Below, one piece after another: positions 48,812-57,742 of a stretch of DNA of 64,000 nt. The position numbers and the translations under genes are program-made. Source of the stretch: an uncultured Armatimonadetes bacterium. GTDB lineage: Bacteria > Armatimonadota > Hebobacteria > Hebobacterales > Hebobacteraceae. Location of the stretch: positions 3,072,001 to 3,136,000 of the forward strand of contig OY970296.1 in NCBI GenBank assembly GCA_963716175.1, read 5' to 3'. The notes beneath the pieces are model-generated. The model had not been told where the DNA came from, made no database searches, and saw nothing but the letters and a program-made list of their open reading frames with translations. The stretch's first letter is position 1; each line of letters starts with the position of its first letter.

Positions 48812-48868
48812 GAGGCTGGGGGGGGTGCGCTCGGTCCGGCCTTGCGCGGGGGAGAAAGGGCGAGGGGA

Positions 48869-49216
48869 ATGAGCGGACAAGTGAACGGAAACGGGCAGGA
48901 CGATGGCTGCGCCCCGGCCGCGGCGGAGGGTGCGAAGGCGGCGATGCGGGAGCGCCGGCGGCACCGGCGGTGCCCGAGCTGTGGTGGGAGCAGCATGATC
49001 CGAGGCTGCCGCGTGCCAGGGGTCCAGCTCCAGGTGGTGACCCGAGACGGGGAGCGTCGCAGCGGTATGATCGGGCTTTACTCGGACGTGTGCGTGGATT
49101 GCGGCCTCACCAGCTTCTACGCGCGCAGGACGGAAGTGGCGGCCCAGCTACAGCAGCTGGAGGCCGCCCCTGCCTCGCAGCCCGCAGGCTGGGCGGACGA
49201 ACCTCCCGCTCGGTGA
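48869..49216 (+). CDS. Zinc-ribbon hypothetical protein
   Basis: CPSCG...VCVDCG.TSFY; GAGGGG RBS before ATG. Confidence 0.6.
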   Translation: MSGQVNGNGQDDGCAPAAAEGAKAAMRERRRHRRCPSCGGSSMIRGCRVPGVQLQVVTRDGERRSGMIGLYSDVCVDCGLTSFYARRTEVAAQLQQLEAAPASQPAGWADEPPAR

Positions 49217-49277
49217 CGCTGCGGGCGGCGCCGGTGGCAGGTTGTGGGAAGAGAGCATCTGTGGCTCGTCGCCACAG

Positions 49278-49726
49278 TGGAGAAGGGAAGAGGTAGTATG
49301 AAGCCTTTGCTGTCCGGGCGGATGCTGCTGCTGGTGGCGGCCATCATCTTCGTGACACTTATGATCTGGACTCGGGCCCATCCCCAGCGGCCGGACGACC
49401 CGGTGGCGGCGGCGATGCAGGACCTGTCGGACAAGTTGGGCCTGGAGGTGAGCCCGCCCACAGGGGGCGGCGGGGTGAAAGTGACCGCGGTTCGGCCCGA
49501 CAGCCCGGGCGCGCGCCTCGGTTTCCGCGCCGGGGATCGGATCGTGGCGGTGGGCGACCGCTCGATCTGGCATCCCCCCGGTCTGGTGGATGCGATCGCC
49601 AAGGTGCTCTCCAGTGGCTATCCGGTGTCGGTGATGGTTGACACCAACGGCGACTACCACAGCATCATCATAGGCCGAGGGCAGCGGGCCGGCGCCAGCG
49701 GGCGCGGGCGCGCGGCCGGGCGCTGA
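49278..49726 (+). CDS. Membrane-anchored single PDZ domain protein
   Basis: LGLEV, GVKVTAVRPDSPGARLGFRAGDRI; GAGG RBS. Confidence 0.82.
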
Positions 49727-49745
49727 TCGGCCGCTCTCCCCAGCC

Positions 49746-50966
49746 ATGCGCAAGGCGGCTCTGGTCTACAGCCCCCGTTTCAAGGAGTACGACCTTGGGC
49801 CCTCCCATCCCATGAAGCCGGTGCGGGTGGAGCGCACTTACGAGCTGATCCGTGCCTGTGGCCTGCTGGAGTCGGACGGAGTATCAGTAGTGAAGCCGTC
49901 GCCCGCCGACGACAGCACCCTCGCTCTCATCCACAGTCAGGAGTACCTGGATGCCGTGCGCGCCCCCAGCGAAGGCCGGCCCGTGCGCAGGCCCTACCAA
50001 TTTGGGCTCGGCACCTCCGACAACCCCATCACCGAGGGCATCTATGAAGCCACTGCACTCGTCGTCGGCGCCTCCGTGCTCGCCGCCGACCTGGTGGCAG
50101 ACGGGGAGGCGGCGGTCGCCTTCAACCCCGCAGGCGGGCTCCATCACGCCCATCGCTCCCGCGCTGCTGGCTTCTGTGTCTTCAACGACCCTGCCGTCGC
50201 CATCGCTCACCTGTTGCAGCGTTGCGGTGAAGGGGTGAAGGTGGCCTATCTGGACATAGACGCCCACCACGGCGACGGGGTGCAGGAGGCCTTCTACCAG
50301 CGCCGGGACGTGCTCACCATCTCTCTCCACGAGAGCGGGCGCTTTCTTTTCCCATTCACCGGGGAGGTGAGCGAGACGGGCGAGGGAGAGGGAGAGGGAT
50401 TCTCGGTCAACCTTCCGTTCTCGCCCTATACCAATGACGAAACCTACCTGTGGGCGTTCCGGGAAGCCATCATCCCCATTCTCGAGGCCTTTGCCCCGGA
50501 CTACATCTGCACCCAGCTCGGGGCCGACACCCACTACCAGGACCCCCTCACCCACATGTGCCTCACCACCCACGGCTACCTGGCGGTGATTGACGAGATC
50601 GCGGCCCGTTTCCCCCGCTGGATCGCGGTGGGTGGAGGCGGCTATCACCTCGCGGTGGTCCCTCGCGCCTGGACGCTGGCTTTCGCCTGCATGACCGGGG
50701 CCGATCCCCCGTCTCGCATACCCGCCTCCCAGGCCGGGCGCTACCGCCTCGCGCCCGCGCCAGCTCGCGCCGCCGCCAAGGCCAGGAAGGCCGCGTCCTC
50801 GCGCGAGAAGGAGGCGCAGACGGAAGAGGAACAAGCTCCTCCTCTCCACGACACCTCCGTCCCCACTATAGACGAGGACTGGGCCCGCGCCGCTCGGGAG
50901 TTCGCCGAGGAGTCGGTAGCCGAGATCAAAGGCCGCCTCTTCCCATTGCACGGGCTGAGAGCATAG
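49746..50966 (+). CDS. acuC: Acetoin utilization protein AcuC / HDAC-family deacetylase
   Basis: HPMKP.R, GGLHHA, GFCVFND, YLDIDAHHGDGVQ, SLHE, QLGAD.H..DPL, GGGGY. Confidence 0.92.
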   Translation: MRKAALVYSPRFKEYDLGPSHPMKPVRVERTYELIRACGLLESDGVSVVKPSPADDSTLALIHSQEYLDAVRAPSEGRPVRRPYQFGLGTSDNPITEGIYEATALVVGASVLAADLVADGEAAVAFNPAGGLHHAHRSRAAGFCVFNDPAVAIAHLLQRCGEGVKVAYLDIDAHHGDGVQEAFYQRRDVLTISLHESGRFLFPFTGEVSETGEGEGEGFSVNLPFSPYTNDETYLWAFREAIIPILEAFAPDYICTQLGADTHYQDPLTHMCLTTHGYLAVIDEIAARFPRWIAVGGGGYHLAVVPRAWTLAFACMTGADPPSRIPASQAGRYRLAPAPARAAAKARKAASSREKEAQTEEEQAPPLHDTSVPTIDEDWARAAREFAEESVAEIKGRLFPLHGLRA

Positions 50967-51044
50967 GCGGCCTGGGGCAAGGCCTGAGGGTGGTAGCGAT
51001 GGCCAGGGCAGGAGACGTGCTCCTGCCCTACGAAGTCATGGCGT

Positions 51045-51797
51045 ATGGCAAGCGCAGCTCTGCCGGCTCCACCTTTCGTCTTCTTCGATGTGGACGACAC
51101 TCTGATCCAGTGGACCACCAGTTGGGCTGACGTCTTTGCCCAGGTGGCGGGCGAAGCGGGGGTGGAGGTGAGAGCCGAAGCGGTGGAGCAGGCCTTGACC
51201 GGGGGCCTCGATGGGCTCTACCAGGACTGCCTGCGGCGGCATTCGGCACGAGGTGATGCCCGCCAGTTCTGGCTGGACTACGACCGCCAGATCCTCGCCT
51301 CCCTCGGCGTGAAGCACGACCTGGACCGGCACACCGAGCGCCTGCTCGCCCTTTTCCAGCGGCCCGGCGCCATCAGGCTCTATCCCGAGGTGCCCGAAGT
51401 CCTCGCGCAGCTCAAGGCGGCCGGCGTGCGGCTGGGCATCGTCACCGGCCGGCCTGTCGCTTCACCCGATCTGGAGCGGCTGGGAGTTCGGCACTACTTC
51501 GAGCCGGTCATTGACGCTCTCGCCGCCGCCAGCAGCAAGAGCGAAGGCCGCATGTTCCTGCTTGCCGCCGAGGCGGCGGCGAGAGAGGGACGGGCCGCCT
51601 GGCATGTTGGCGATAGCTATCATGACGACGTCTGCGGGGCGCGGGCCGCGGGCCTTCGTCCCATTCTGGTTGACCGCCGGCAGCAATACCGGGAGGCCGA
51701 CTGTCCGCGGATCGGCGATCTGCGAGCATTGCCGGACATCATCCTCGCCGCGCCGCCAACCCTGGAGAGCAACCTCACCCTTGGCTCGGAGGCCTGA
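51045..51797 (+). CDS. HAD-superfamily hydrolase
   Basis: FFDVDDTL, GIVTG, HVGDSYHDDVCGARAAG. Confidence 0.9.
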   Translation: MASAALPAPPFVFFDVDDTLIQWTTSWADVFAQVAGEAGVEVRAEAVEQALTGGLDGLYQDCLRRHSARGDARQFWLDYDRQILASLGVKHDLDRHTERLLALFQRPGAIRLYPEVPEVLAQLKAAGVRLGIVTGRPVASPDLERLGVRHYFEPVIDALAAASSKSEGRMFLLAAEAAAREGRAAWHVGDSYHDDVCGARAAGLRPILVDRRQQYREADCPRIGDLRALPDIILAAPPTLESNLTLGSEA

Positions 51798-51799
51798 GC

Positions 51800-52942
51800 A
51801 TGACCCATCGCCAGCGTTTTCTGCGCACCATGCACTTCCAATCTGTGGACCGCGTGCCGGACTGGGAGTTCGGGTACTGGGACGATACCCTGGTGGACTG
51901 GCACGAGCAGGGCCTGCCCAGGGAGATCGACACGCTCAGGAAGGCCGACGTCTACTTCGGCTTCGATCCCACGGGAGACATCCCGACGGCCACCGGACTG
52001 CTGCCGGAGTTCGAGTACAAGGTGATCGAGCAGCGGGGGGAGCAGCTGCTGATTCAGGACGAGAACGGCACCACCTCGCTCAGACATGCCTCCGGCCGCT
52101 CCTCCATCCCGCACTTCCTGGACTTCGCGCTGAAAGGCCGCGAGGAATGGGAGCTCGAGTTCGGGCCCCGCCTCGACTCCGACGACCCGCGGCGCCGGCC
52201 GGACGCGGAGGAGTGGAAGGAGCTGGAGGCGCGATACGCGGGGCGGGACTACCCGCTGGGCATGTACATCGGGGGCCTCTATGGGACGATGCGGAACTGG
52301 ATGGGCTTCGAGCGCGCGGCGATGATGCTGCACGACGATCCGGGGCTGGTGGAAGAGATCATGGAGCGCCTCACCCAGATCGTTCTCCACAACATCGCCT
52401 CCATCCCGCCCGGGGTGGAGGTGGACTTCGCCTCCGGCTGGGAGGATATGTGCTTCAACAAGGGTTCCATGATCTCGCCCGCGGACTTCGATCGGCTAAT
52501 GGTGCCGCGCTACCACCGCATCACCGAGGCCCTCAGGCCTCATGGCTGCGACATCGCCTACATTGACTGCGATGGCAACATCAACCAGTTGGTGTCGCTC
52601 TGGCTGAAGGGCGGGATCAACGGCATGTTCCCCGTGGAGGTCGCCGCGGGCAGCGACCCCCTGGTGCTGCGAGAAAAATACGGCCGGCAGGTGCTGCTTT
52701 TCGGAGGAGTGAACAAACGCGCCCTGGCTCAGGGCAAAGAGGGGATCCGCAAGGAGCTGGCCAGGATCGCGCCGGTGGTGAGAGAGGGCGGCTGGATCCC
52801 TCACGTAGATCACCGGGTGCCTCCGGACGTCACCTTCGAGAACTACCTGTACTACCTGAAGCTGAAGCGAGACACTTTCGGCATCCCCGAGCCCCAACCT
52901 TGGGAGGAGCGCCGGCCTGCTGACTGGGGGCCGCCCGCATGA
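51800..52942 (+). CDS. Uroporphyrinogen decarboxylase / MtaA-CmuA family protein
   Basis: MT.RQRF....DRVP, R.WMGFE, WEDM, IDCDG, P.EV.AG, GGVNK, GGWIP..DH.VPP. Confidence 0.88.
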   Translation: MTHRQRFLRTMHFQSVDRVPDWEFGYWDDTLVDWHEQGLPREIDTLRKADVYFGFDPTGDIPTATGLLPEFEYKVIEQRGEQLLIQDENGTTSLRHASGRSSIPHFLDFALKGREEWELEFGPRLDSDDPRRRPDAEEWKELEARYAGRDYPLGMYIGGLYGTMRNWMGFERAAMMLHDDPGLVEEIMERLTQIVLHNIASIPPGVEVDFASGWEDMCFNKGSMISPADFDRLMVPRYHRITEALRPHGCDIAYIDCDGNINQLVSLWLKGGINGMFPVEVAAGSDPLVLREKYGRQVLLFGGVNKRALAQGKEGIRKELARIAPVVREGGWIPHVDHRVPPDVTFENYLYYLKLKRDTFGIPEPQPWEERRPADWGPPA

Positions 52943-53409
52943 GGTCAGACGCGGACCGGGGCGACCGCGGGCCCGAGGTGGTGCGGCTGCGGTCGGCCGG
53001 CGGTGTGGTGCTGCGCGGCGAAGGCGAGGAACTGCGGGTGGCGTTGATCCGCTCGCTCCTCGGCGAGTGGGTCTTCCCCAAGGGGCTGATCGAAGCCGGC
53101 GAGGAGCCGGAGGCAGCGGCGCGGCGAGAGGTGCAGGAGGAGGTCGGGCTGAGCAGGCTGGCGCTGCGCGCGGGGTTGGGGTGGACGGAGCATCGGTTTG
53201 GGCGAAACGGGAAGCGCTTCCGCAACCGCGTCTATTGGTTCCTCTACCAGGCCGGGCCCCGCGCGGTGATGCGGTTGAACCCGGCCGAAGAGGTGCTGGA
53301 ATGCGGGTGGTTTGCACCCGGGCAAGCGCTGGCCCTGCTGACTCATGCCAACCAGCGGCGGTTGCTGCGCCGCGCCCTGGCCGGCCTCGCCGCGGTGGCC
53401 CCGAATTGA
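52939..53409 (+). CDS. NUDIX hydrolase
   Basis: SAGGVV, WVFPKG.IE.GE....AARREV.EEVG. Confidence 0.9.
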   Translation: MRSDADRGDRGPEVVRLRSAGGVVLRGEGEELRVALIRSLLGEWVFPKGLIEAGEEPEAAARREVQEEVGLSRLALRAGLGWTEHRFGRNGKRFRNRVYWFLYQAGPRAVMRLNPAEEVLECGWFAPGQALALLTHANQRRLLRRALAGLAAVAPN

Positions 53410-53433
53410 CACCCCCCTCCGGCGCACTATAAT
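53406..53433 (+). promoter_or_regulatory. Consensus sigma70 promoter of the ECF sigma operon
   Basis: TTGACA, 16 nt, TATAAT. Confidence 0.7.
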
Positions 53434-53439
53434 GGAACT

Positions 53440-54087
53440 GTGACCGGGCCAGCCAAAGAGCGGCCGCTGCCGATGGTGCAGGCCGACCTTGCCCATGTCG
53501 GCCAGCTGGTGGCACGCGCCCGGCAGGGCGACCGGGAGGCCTTCGACGGCCTGGTCGAGATTTACACGCCTCAGGTCTACAGTCTCGCCCTGCGCATCAC
53601 CGGCTCGCGCGAGGAGGCGGAAGACTGTGTTCAGGACGCTTTCGTTCGCGCCTACTGCGCGCTGCGCGGGTTTCGCGGCGAGTCCGCCTTCTCCACCTGG
53701 CTCTACCGTGTGGCGCTGAACGTGGCCTCAGACGCCGCCAGGAAGCGTTCCCGCGGCCCGCTTCCGGCCAGCGACCTGGCCGCCGATGGCTCGGACGACC
53801 CCCCGCCGGATCTCGACCGCCTCGCCCGGCGGCAGCTCGCGGATCAGAGCACACCCGATGCCCTGGTCATCGCCAATCAGCGCCGGCAGCTCATCCTCGC
53901 CGCCATCGCCCGTCTCCCTGAGCACCAGCGGACGGCCTTGATCCTGTGCGACCTCCAGGGGCTCTCCTACCAGGAGGCGGCCCGCATCATGCGCGCCCGC
54001 ATCGGCACTGTGAAGTCCCGCCTGAACCGGGGCCGCCTGGCGTTGAAAGACCTGCTGGCGCCACATCTGGAACTTCTTCGAGAGTGA
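53440..54087 (+). CDS. ECF RNA polymerase sigma factor
   Basis: GDREAF, AEDCVQDAF, FRGESAFSTWLYRVALN, GLSYQE.A, GTVKSRLNRGR. Confidence 0.93.
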   Translation: MTGPAKERPLPMVQADLAHVGQLVARARQGDREAFDGLVEIYTPQVYSLALRITGSREEAEDCVQDAFVRAYCALRGFRGESAFSTWLYRVALNVASDAARKRSRGPLPASDLAADGSDDPPPDLDRLARRQLADQSTPDALVIANQRRQLILAAIARLPEHQRTALILCDLQGLSYQEAARIMRARIGTVKSRLNRGRLALKDLLAPHLELLRE

Positions 54088-54112
54088 TCCTGTCTAACCC
54101 GCAGGCTGAATC

Positions 54113-55569
54113 ATGGGTGATCTGTCCAGAGCATGTAGGAAACTGCGAGAGCGACTTCCCGAGTACGTGGAAGGGGGCCTCGCGGGCCCGGCTCGCAGCG
54201 CGCTGGCACGCCATTCGCGGTCTGCTCGCGCTGCGCCTCCGAGCTCGATGACCTGCGCACGGTGATGGCGGCATTGCACTCGGTCGCGCCTGACGCGGTG
54301 CCCGAGCATCTGGTGCCCCGGGTACGCCGCGCCGCCTATGCTACTCTGCGAAGTGGCGAAGCTCCTTCGCTACGAAGCACGAGTCGGGCTACGCCCTCCA
54401 GTGCTGTTCAGTTCTGGGCTCGCATCACTGTGCCCGTGGCCCTGGCCACAGGCCTGGTGGCCCTCGCTTTCGCTCTCCGCACCGCGGGGCCGCCGCGGCT
54501 GGCAGAGAAGGCCGCCCCCAGCGCGCCGACAGCTCCAGCCCCAGTTTCCGCCCCCGTAGCCGCGGCTCCCCGCCTCTCTGCCCCGGCGGGGCCGCCAGCT
54601 CCGGTTCCGCCTCCGGTCGCTTTGCCCAGGCAGACGGTGGCACAGCCGAGACCACTGGCACTGGCCCCGCGTGCGCTCACGCAGGAGGAACGGCCGGGCG
54701 CTACCGCGAAGGTTGAGGCCGGGCCGCCCGCAGAGATAGAGAGCACAGCGAAACCGGCAGAGGAGAGGTCGCTGGGCGCGCGAGTTTCGCAGGAGGTGGG
54801 CGAGGGCAGGGCCGGGGCTGCCGGGGCCCGCATCCCGCCCAAAGAGCTGAAGCACTCGCAGGGGCACCCCGCGGGCACTCCGATGCCCCGCCAGGCGCCG
54901 GCCCGCGGCAGACAGAGATGGTACGGCAACCGGGCAGAGTCGCGGCCCCCTGGTCCCGCGTTCAAGGCGAAAGGGCATGCTGGGGGTATGGCAGGCGGCG
55001 GCATGGGTGGTGGTGCCGGCCTGGCGGCCGACCGGGCCCTGGCGAGGTTGGCGCCCACCTTTGCCCGCGCCAGTCTGACCCAGGTGGATGGCCGTCCCGC
55101 CATCTCGCTTCAGCTCGGCGCGCCAGAGGTAGCCGGTGAGATCAGGGTCAGCATCGGCTCCGGCCCCGACCGGCGAACCCTGTGGCGCGGGCCGGCCGGC
55201 AAGGCCGCGCCCTTCCTGCTCGTCCCCTCCGATCTGGGTCCAGGTCCAGCCAATATCCCGATCACGATAGAGTCCCCAGCCGGGGCCCAGGAATACGTGC
55301 TGTTCGCACCCACCACCGCGCGCCTGGGGGAAGTGGCGCCCAGATCGCCGCGCGTGCACTATGACGGGCAGCTGCTCCGGAAGGCGCTGTCCGATCTCAG
55401 CTCACTCACCGGCCTGGTGGTGTTGGCCGAGGGTCCGCTCGACCGAAAGGTGGTGGGCGATCTTGCTGCCGGCACGCCCGAGTCGGCCCTGCGGGAGCTG
55501 GCCGCGGGCGCCGGGCTTCAGGTGCAGCGCCAGGACCACGCCGTCTACCTCCTCACCCCGCGCCGCTGA
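54113..55569 (+). CDS. Zinc-binding anti-sigma factor (zf-HC2) with TM, Pro-rich linker and C-terminal STN/FecR-C-like domain; frameshift near 54214
   Basis: C..LRERLPEYVEG.L ... H(L)AVCSRC after adding one C; C-terminal LRKALSDLS..TG....EGPL.RKV.G......ESAL..L. Confidence 0.78.
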
Positions 55570-55702
55570 CAGTCACCCTCCTCGCACCAGGAGGGGGAGG
55601 AATCGAAGGGGGAGGATGTGCTTCCCGCTTCGACTGCATCAGGCCTTCCGTGTTCCTCCTTTGAAGCAGGGCGGCTTGGCCCCCGTGGCTAATCCTCCTG
55701 AC

Positions 55703-56509
55703 ATGTGCGCCGAGATCGGATGGCATGCCGCGGCGCGGCGCGGCCGAAGAGGCTTGAGGGCGCCATCGCTTCTGCTGGTGGCGTGCGGCGGCCTGTTCCT
55801 CACGGGCGCGATGGGCTTCGCCGCCGACAGACTGGGCGCCCTGGAGAAGGCCCCGGAGTGGCAGCAGCTGGCCGCGCTCTGGCAGGCCATGCTGGACCAC
55901 TCCTCAAACGTGATCTACAGCCCGGAGCGTTTCCAGGAGTTGGCGAAGGACATGGACGCGGTGGAGACGCAGGCGGCCGCGTTGGTCAAGCGCGGCCTGC
56001 TCCCGGCCGGCGCGGCGCCTGACTTGACCCGGCTCTTTCACGACCGCTATGAATACCTTCGCACCCGCCACTACACCACTGATTCCCACGTCGGCCTCAC
56101 CGCGGGCGAGGCGGCAGCCGTCACCTCTCAGTGGATCATCGAGCTGCAGTTGGCCGGGGCGCGGCAGGTCAACCCTGACCCGCGGGAGGACCGCGCCGCG
56201 CTCTCCCGGGCCGAGGCGAGCATCGTCTACGAGCTGGGCTTCCTCACTGCCTATCAGAAGCTGGAGAGCGAGGCGCAGACGCGCAGAAAGGAGCTGCTCG
56301 ACGAGCAAGCGGCCGGTAAGGAGGTGGACCTGAAGGCCCTCGACAACGACTGCGAGAGGCGCAGGAACCTGCTCCTGGAGGCCTATCGCGGCCGGAGCCT
56401 GCGTGCTCCCCGCTCCGTGCGGAGCTTGATGCCATATCTCACCTCCCTCACTAGGCTGCGGCCGCCCTCCCCGCCGGCTGTCTCCCCGCCGACCGTGCCC
56501 GGCCTGTGA
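55703..56509 (+). CDS. Exported helical hypothetical protein
   Basis: Arg-rich N-region plus hydrophobic signal; typical codon bias; start uncertain. Confidence 0.65.
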   Translation: MCAEIGWHAAARRGRRGLRAPSLLLVACGGLFLTGAMGFAADRLGALEKAPEWQQLAALWQAMLDHSSNVIYSPERFQELAKDMDAVETQAAALVKRGLLPAGAAPDLTRLFHDRYEYLRTRHYTTDSHVGLTAGEAAAVTSQWIIELQLAGARQVNPDPREDRAALSRAEASIVYELGFLTAYQKLESEAQTRRKELLDEQAAGKEVDLKALDNDCERRRNLLLEAYRGRSLRAPRSVRSLMPYLTSLTRLRPPSPPAVSPPTVPGL

Positions 56510-56560
56510 GGTGCGGCGCCGTCAGAGCGGAGGCAAGATTGCGTGCGAGCCTGATCTCCC

Positions 56561-57583
56561 ATGCTCGGCTGGAATATTGACCTCGGCGTTGATCTCGGCA
56601 CCTCCACCACCCGCATCTACCAGCGGGGGGTCGGGATCGTGCTCGCCGAGCCCTCTGCGGTCGCCCTCGCGCTGACCTCGGGCGAGGTGATCGCGGCGGG
56701 CGGGGAAGCCAAGCTGATCGCCGACCAGGGGTCGGCCGAGGTTCGGGTGACCTTCCCCATTGCCGGCGGGGCGGTGGCCGATCATCACGCCGCAGCCCTC
56801 ATGCTCAGGGCGCTGATACGGCGGGGGCTGGGCCGGCGCTATCTCTTCATGCCCCGGGTGCTGGCCGCGGTCGCCACCAGCGCCACGCCTGTGGAGCGGG
56901 CCGCCCTGCTCCAGGCGGTGCAGAGCGCGGGGGCGAGGCGGGTGCGGCTGGTGGACAGCACTCTGGCCGGAGCTATCGGCGCCGGCCTGGTGCCTACTGA
57001 TCGCTCCTGTCGGCTGGTGGTGAACATGGGCGGCGGCGTGACCACGTTTGGTGTCGTGGCCCAGGGCCGCCTGGTGTGGGGCCGGAGCGTCCGCTTTGGG
57101 GGCCGGGACCTGGATGAGGCGATTCGCAAGATGATGCGCAACCGCTATGGCCTCAGCCTGGCGCAGGCCACCGCCGAGCAGATGAAGCTGCGAGTGGGAG
57201 CGGTGCTTCCGCAGATGGCGCGCAGTCGCGCCACCATCGGAGGAGGCGAGGTCTACGGCGAGCTTTTCCGCAACCTTGAGATCACCCTCGATGGGCTGCC
57301 CGACCTGCTGGCCCGCGCCCTCGCTCCCGTGATCAACGAGATCCACTGGTGCATCGCCGAGGCCCCCACCGAGCAGCGCGCGGAGATCAGGGCCAATGGC
57401 GTGCTCTTGCTCGGCGGCACCGCGCTGTTGCAGGGGATTCCGCACGTGATGCGAGAGCGGCTGGGGGTGCCCGTGGTGCGCGCCCGCGAGCCCGCCCACT
57501 CCGTCGCCCTGGGCCTCGGCGCGGCCTTGCAGGACGTCGCCAAGCTGAGCGCCGATGGGCAGCGGTATGGAGGGGTGGTGTGA
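56561..57583 (+). CDS. mreB: Divergent MreB/Mbl actin-like protein
   Basis: GVDLGTSTT, EPSAVA, PIAGGAVAD, T.VER.A, AIGAG, GG.DLDEAI, TAEQMK, LLGGTALL.G. Confidence 0.85.
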   Translation: MLGWNIDLGVDLGTSTTRIYQRGVGIVLAEPSAVALALTSGEVIAAGGEAKLIADQGSAEVRVTFPIAGGAVADHHAAALMLRALIRRGLGRRYLFMPRVLAAVATSATPVERAALLQAVQSAGARRVRLVDSTLAGAIGAGLVPTDRSCRLVVNMGGGVTTFGVVAQGRLVWGRSVRFGGRDLDEAIRKMMRNRYGLSLAQATAEQMKLRVGAVLPQMARSRATIGGGEVYGELFRNLEITLDGLPDLLARALAPVINEIHWCIAEAPTEQRAEIRANGVLLLGGTALLQGIPHVMRERLGVPVVRAREPAHSVALGLGAALQDVAKLSADGQRYGGVV

Positions 57584-57661
57584 GCTGGAGGTCGGAGTCC
57601 GATCCGTCGGCGGAACCTGTTGCTGTAGGGCGGGCATGTCCCTGCATGCCCGCCGCCGCTT

Positions 57662-57690
57662 TTGACGCCACCCGTGTTTTCCTCTAAACT
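57662..57690 (+). promoter_or_regulatory. Sigma70 promoter of aconitase
   Basis: TTGACG, 17 nt, TAAACT; a repeat hairpin lies in the 5' UTR. Confidence 0.55.
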
Positions 57691-57742
57691 CTTCCCATGG
57701 GGCAGGAGCTTGCCTCCTGCCAAGCTCATGCCGGGAGTCTCA

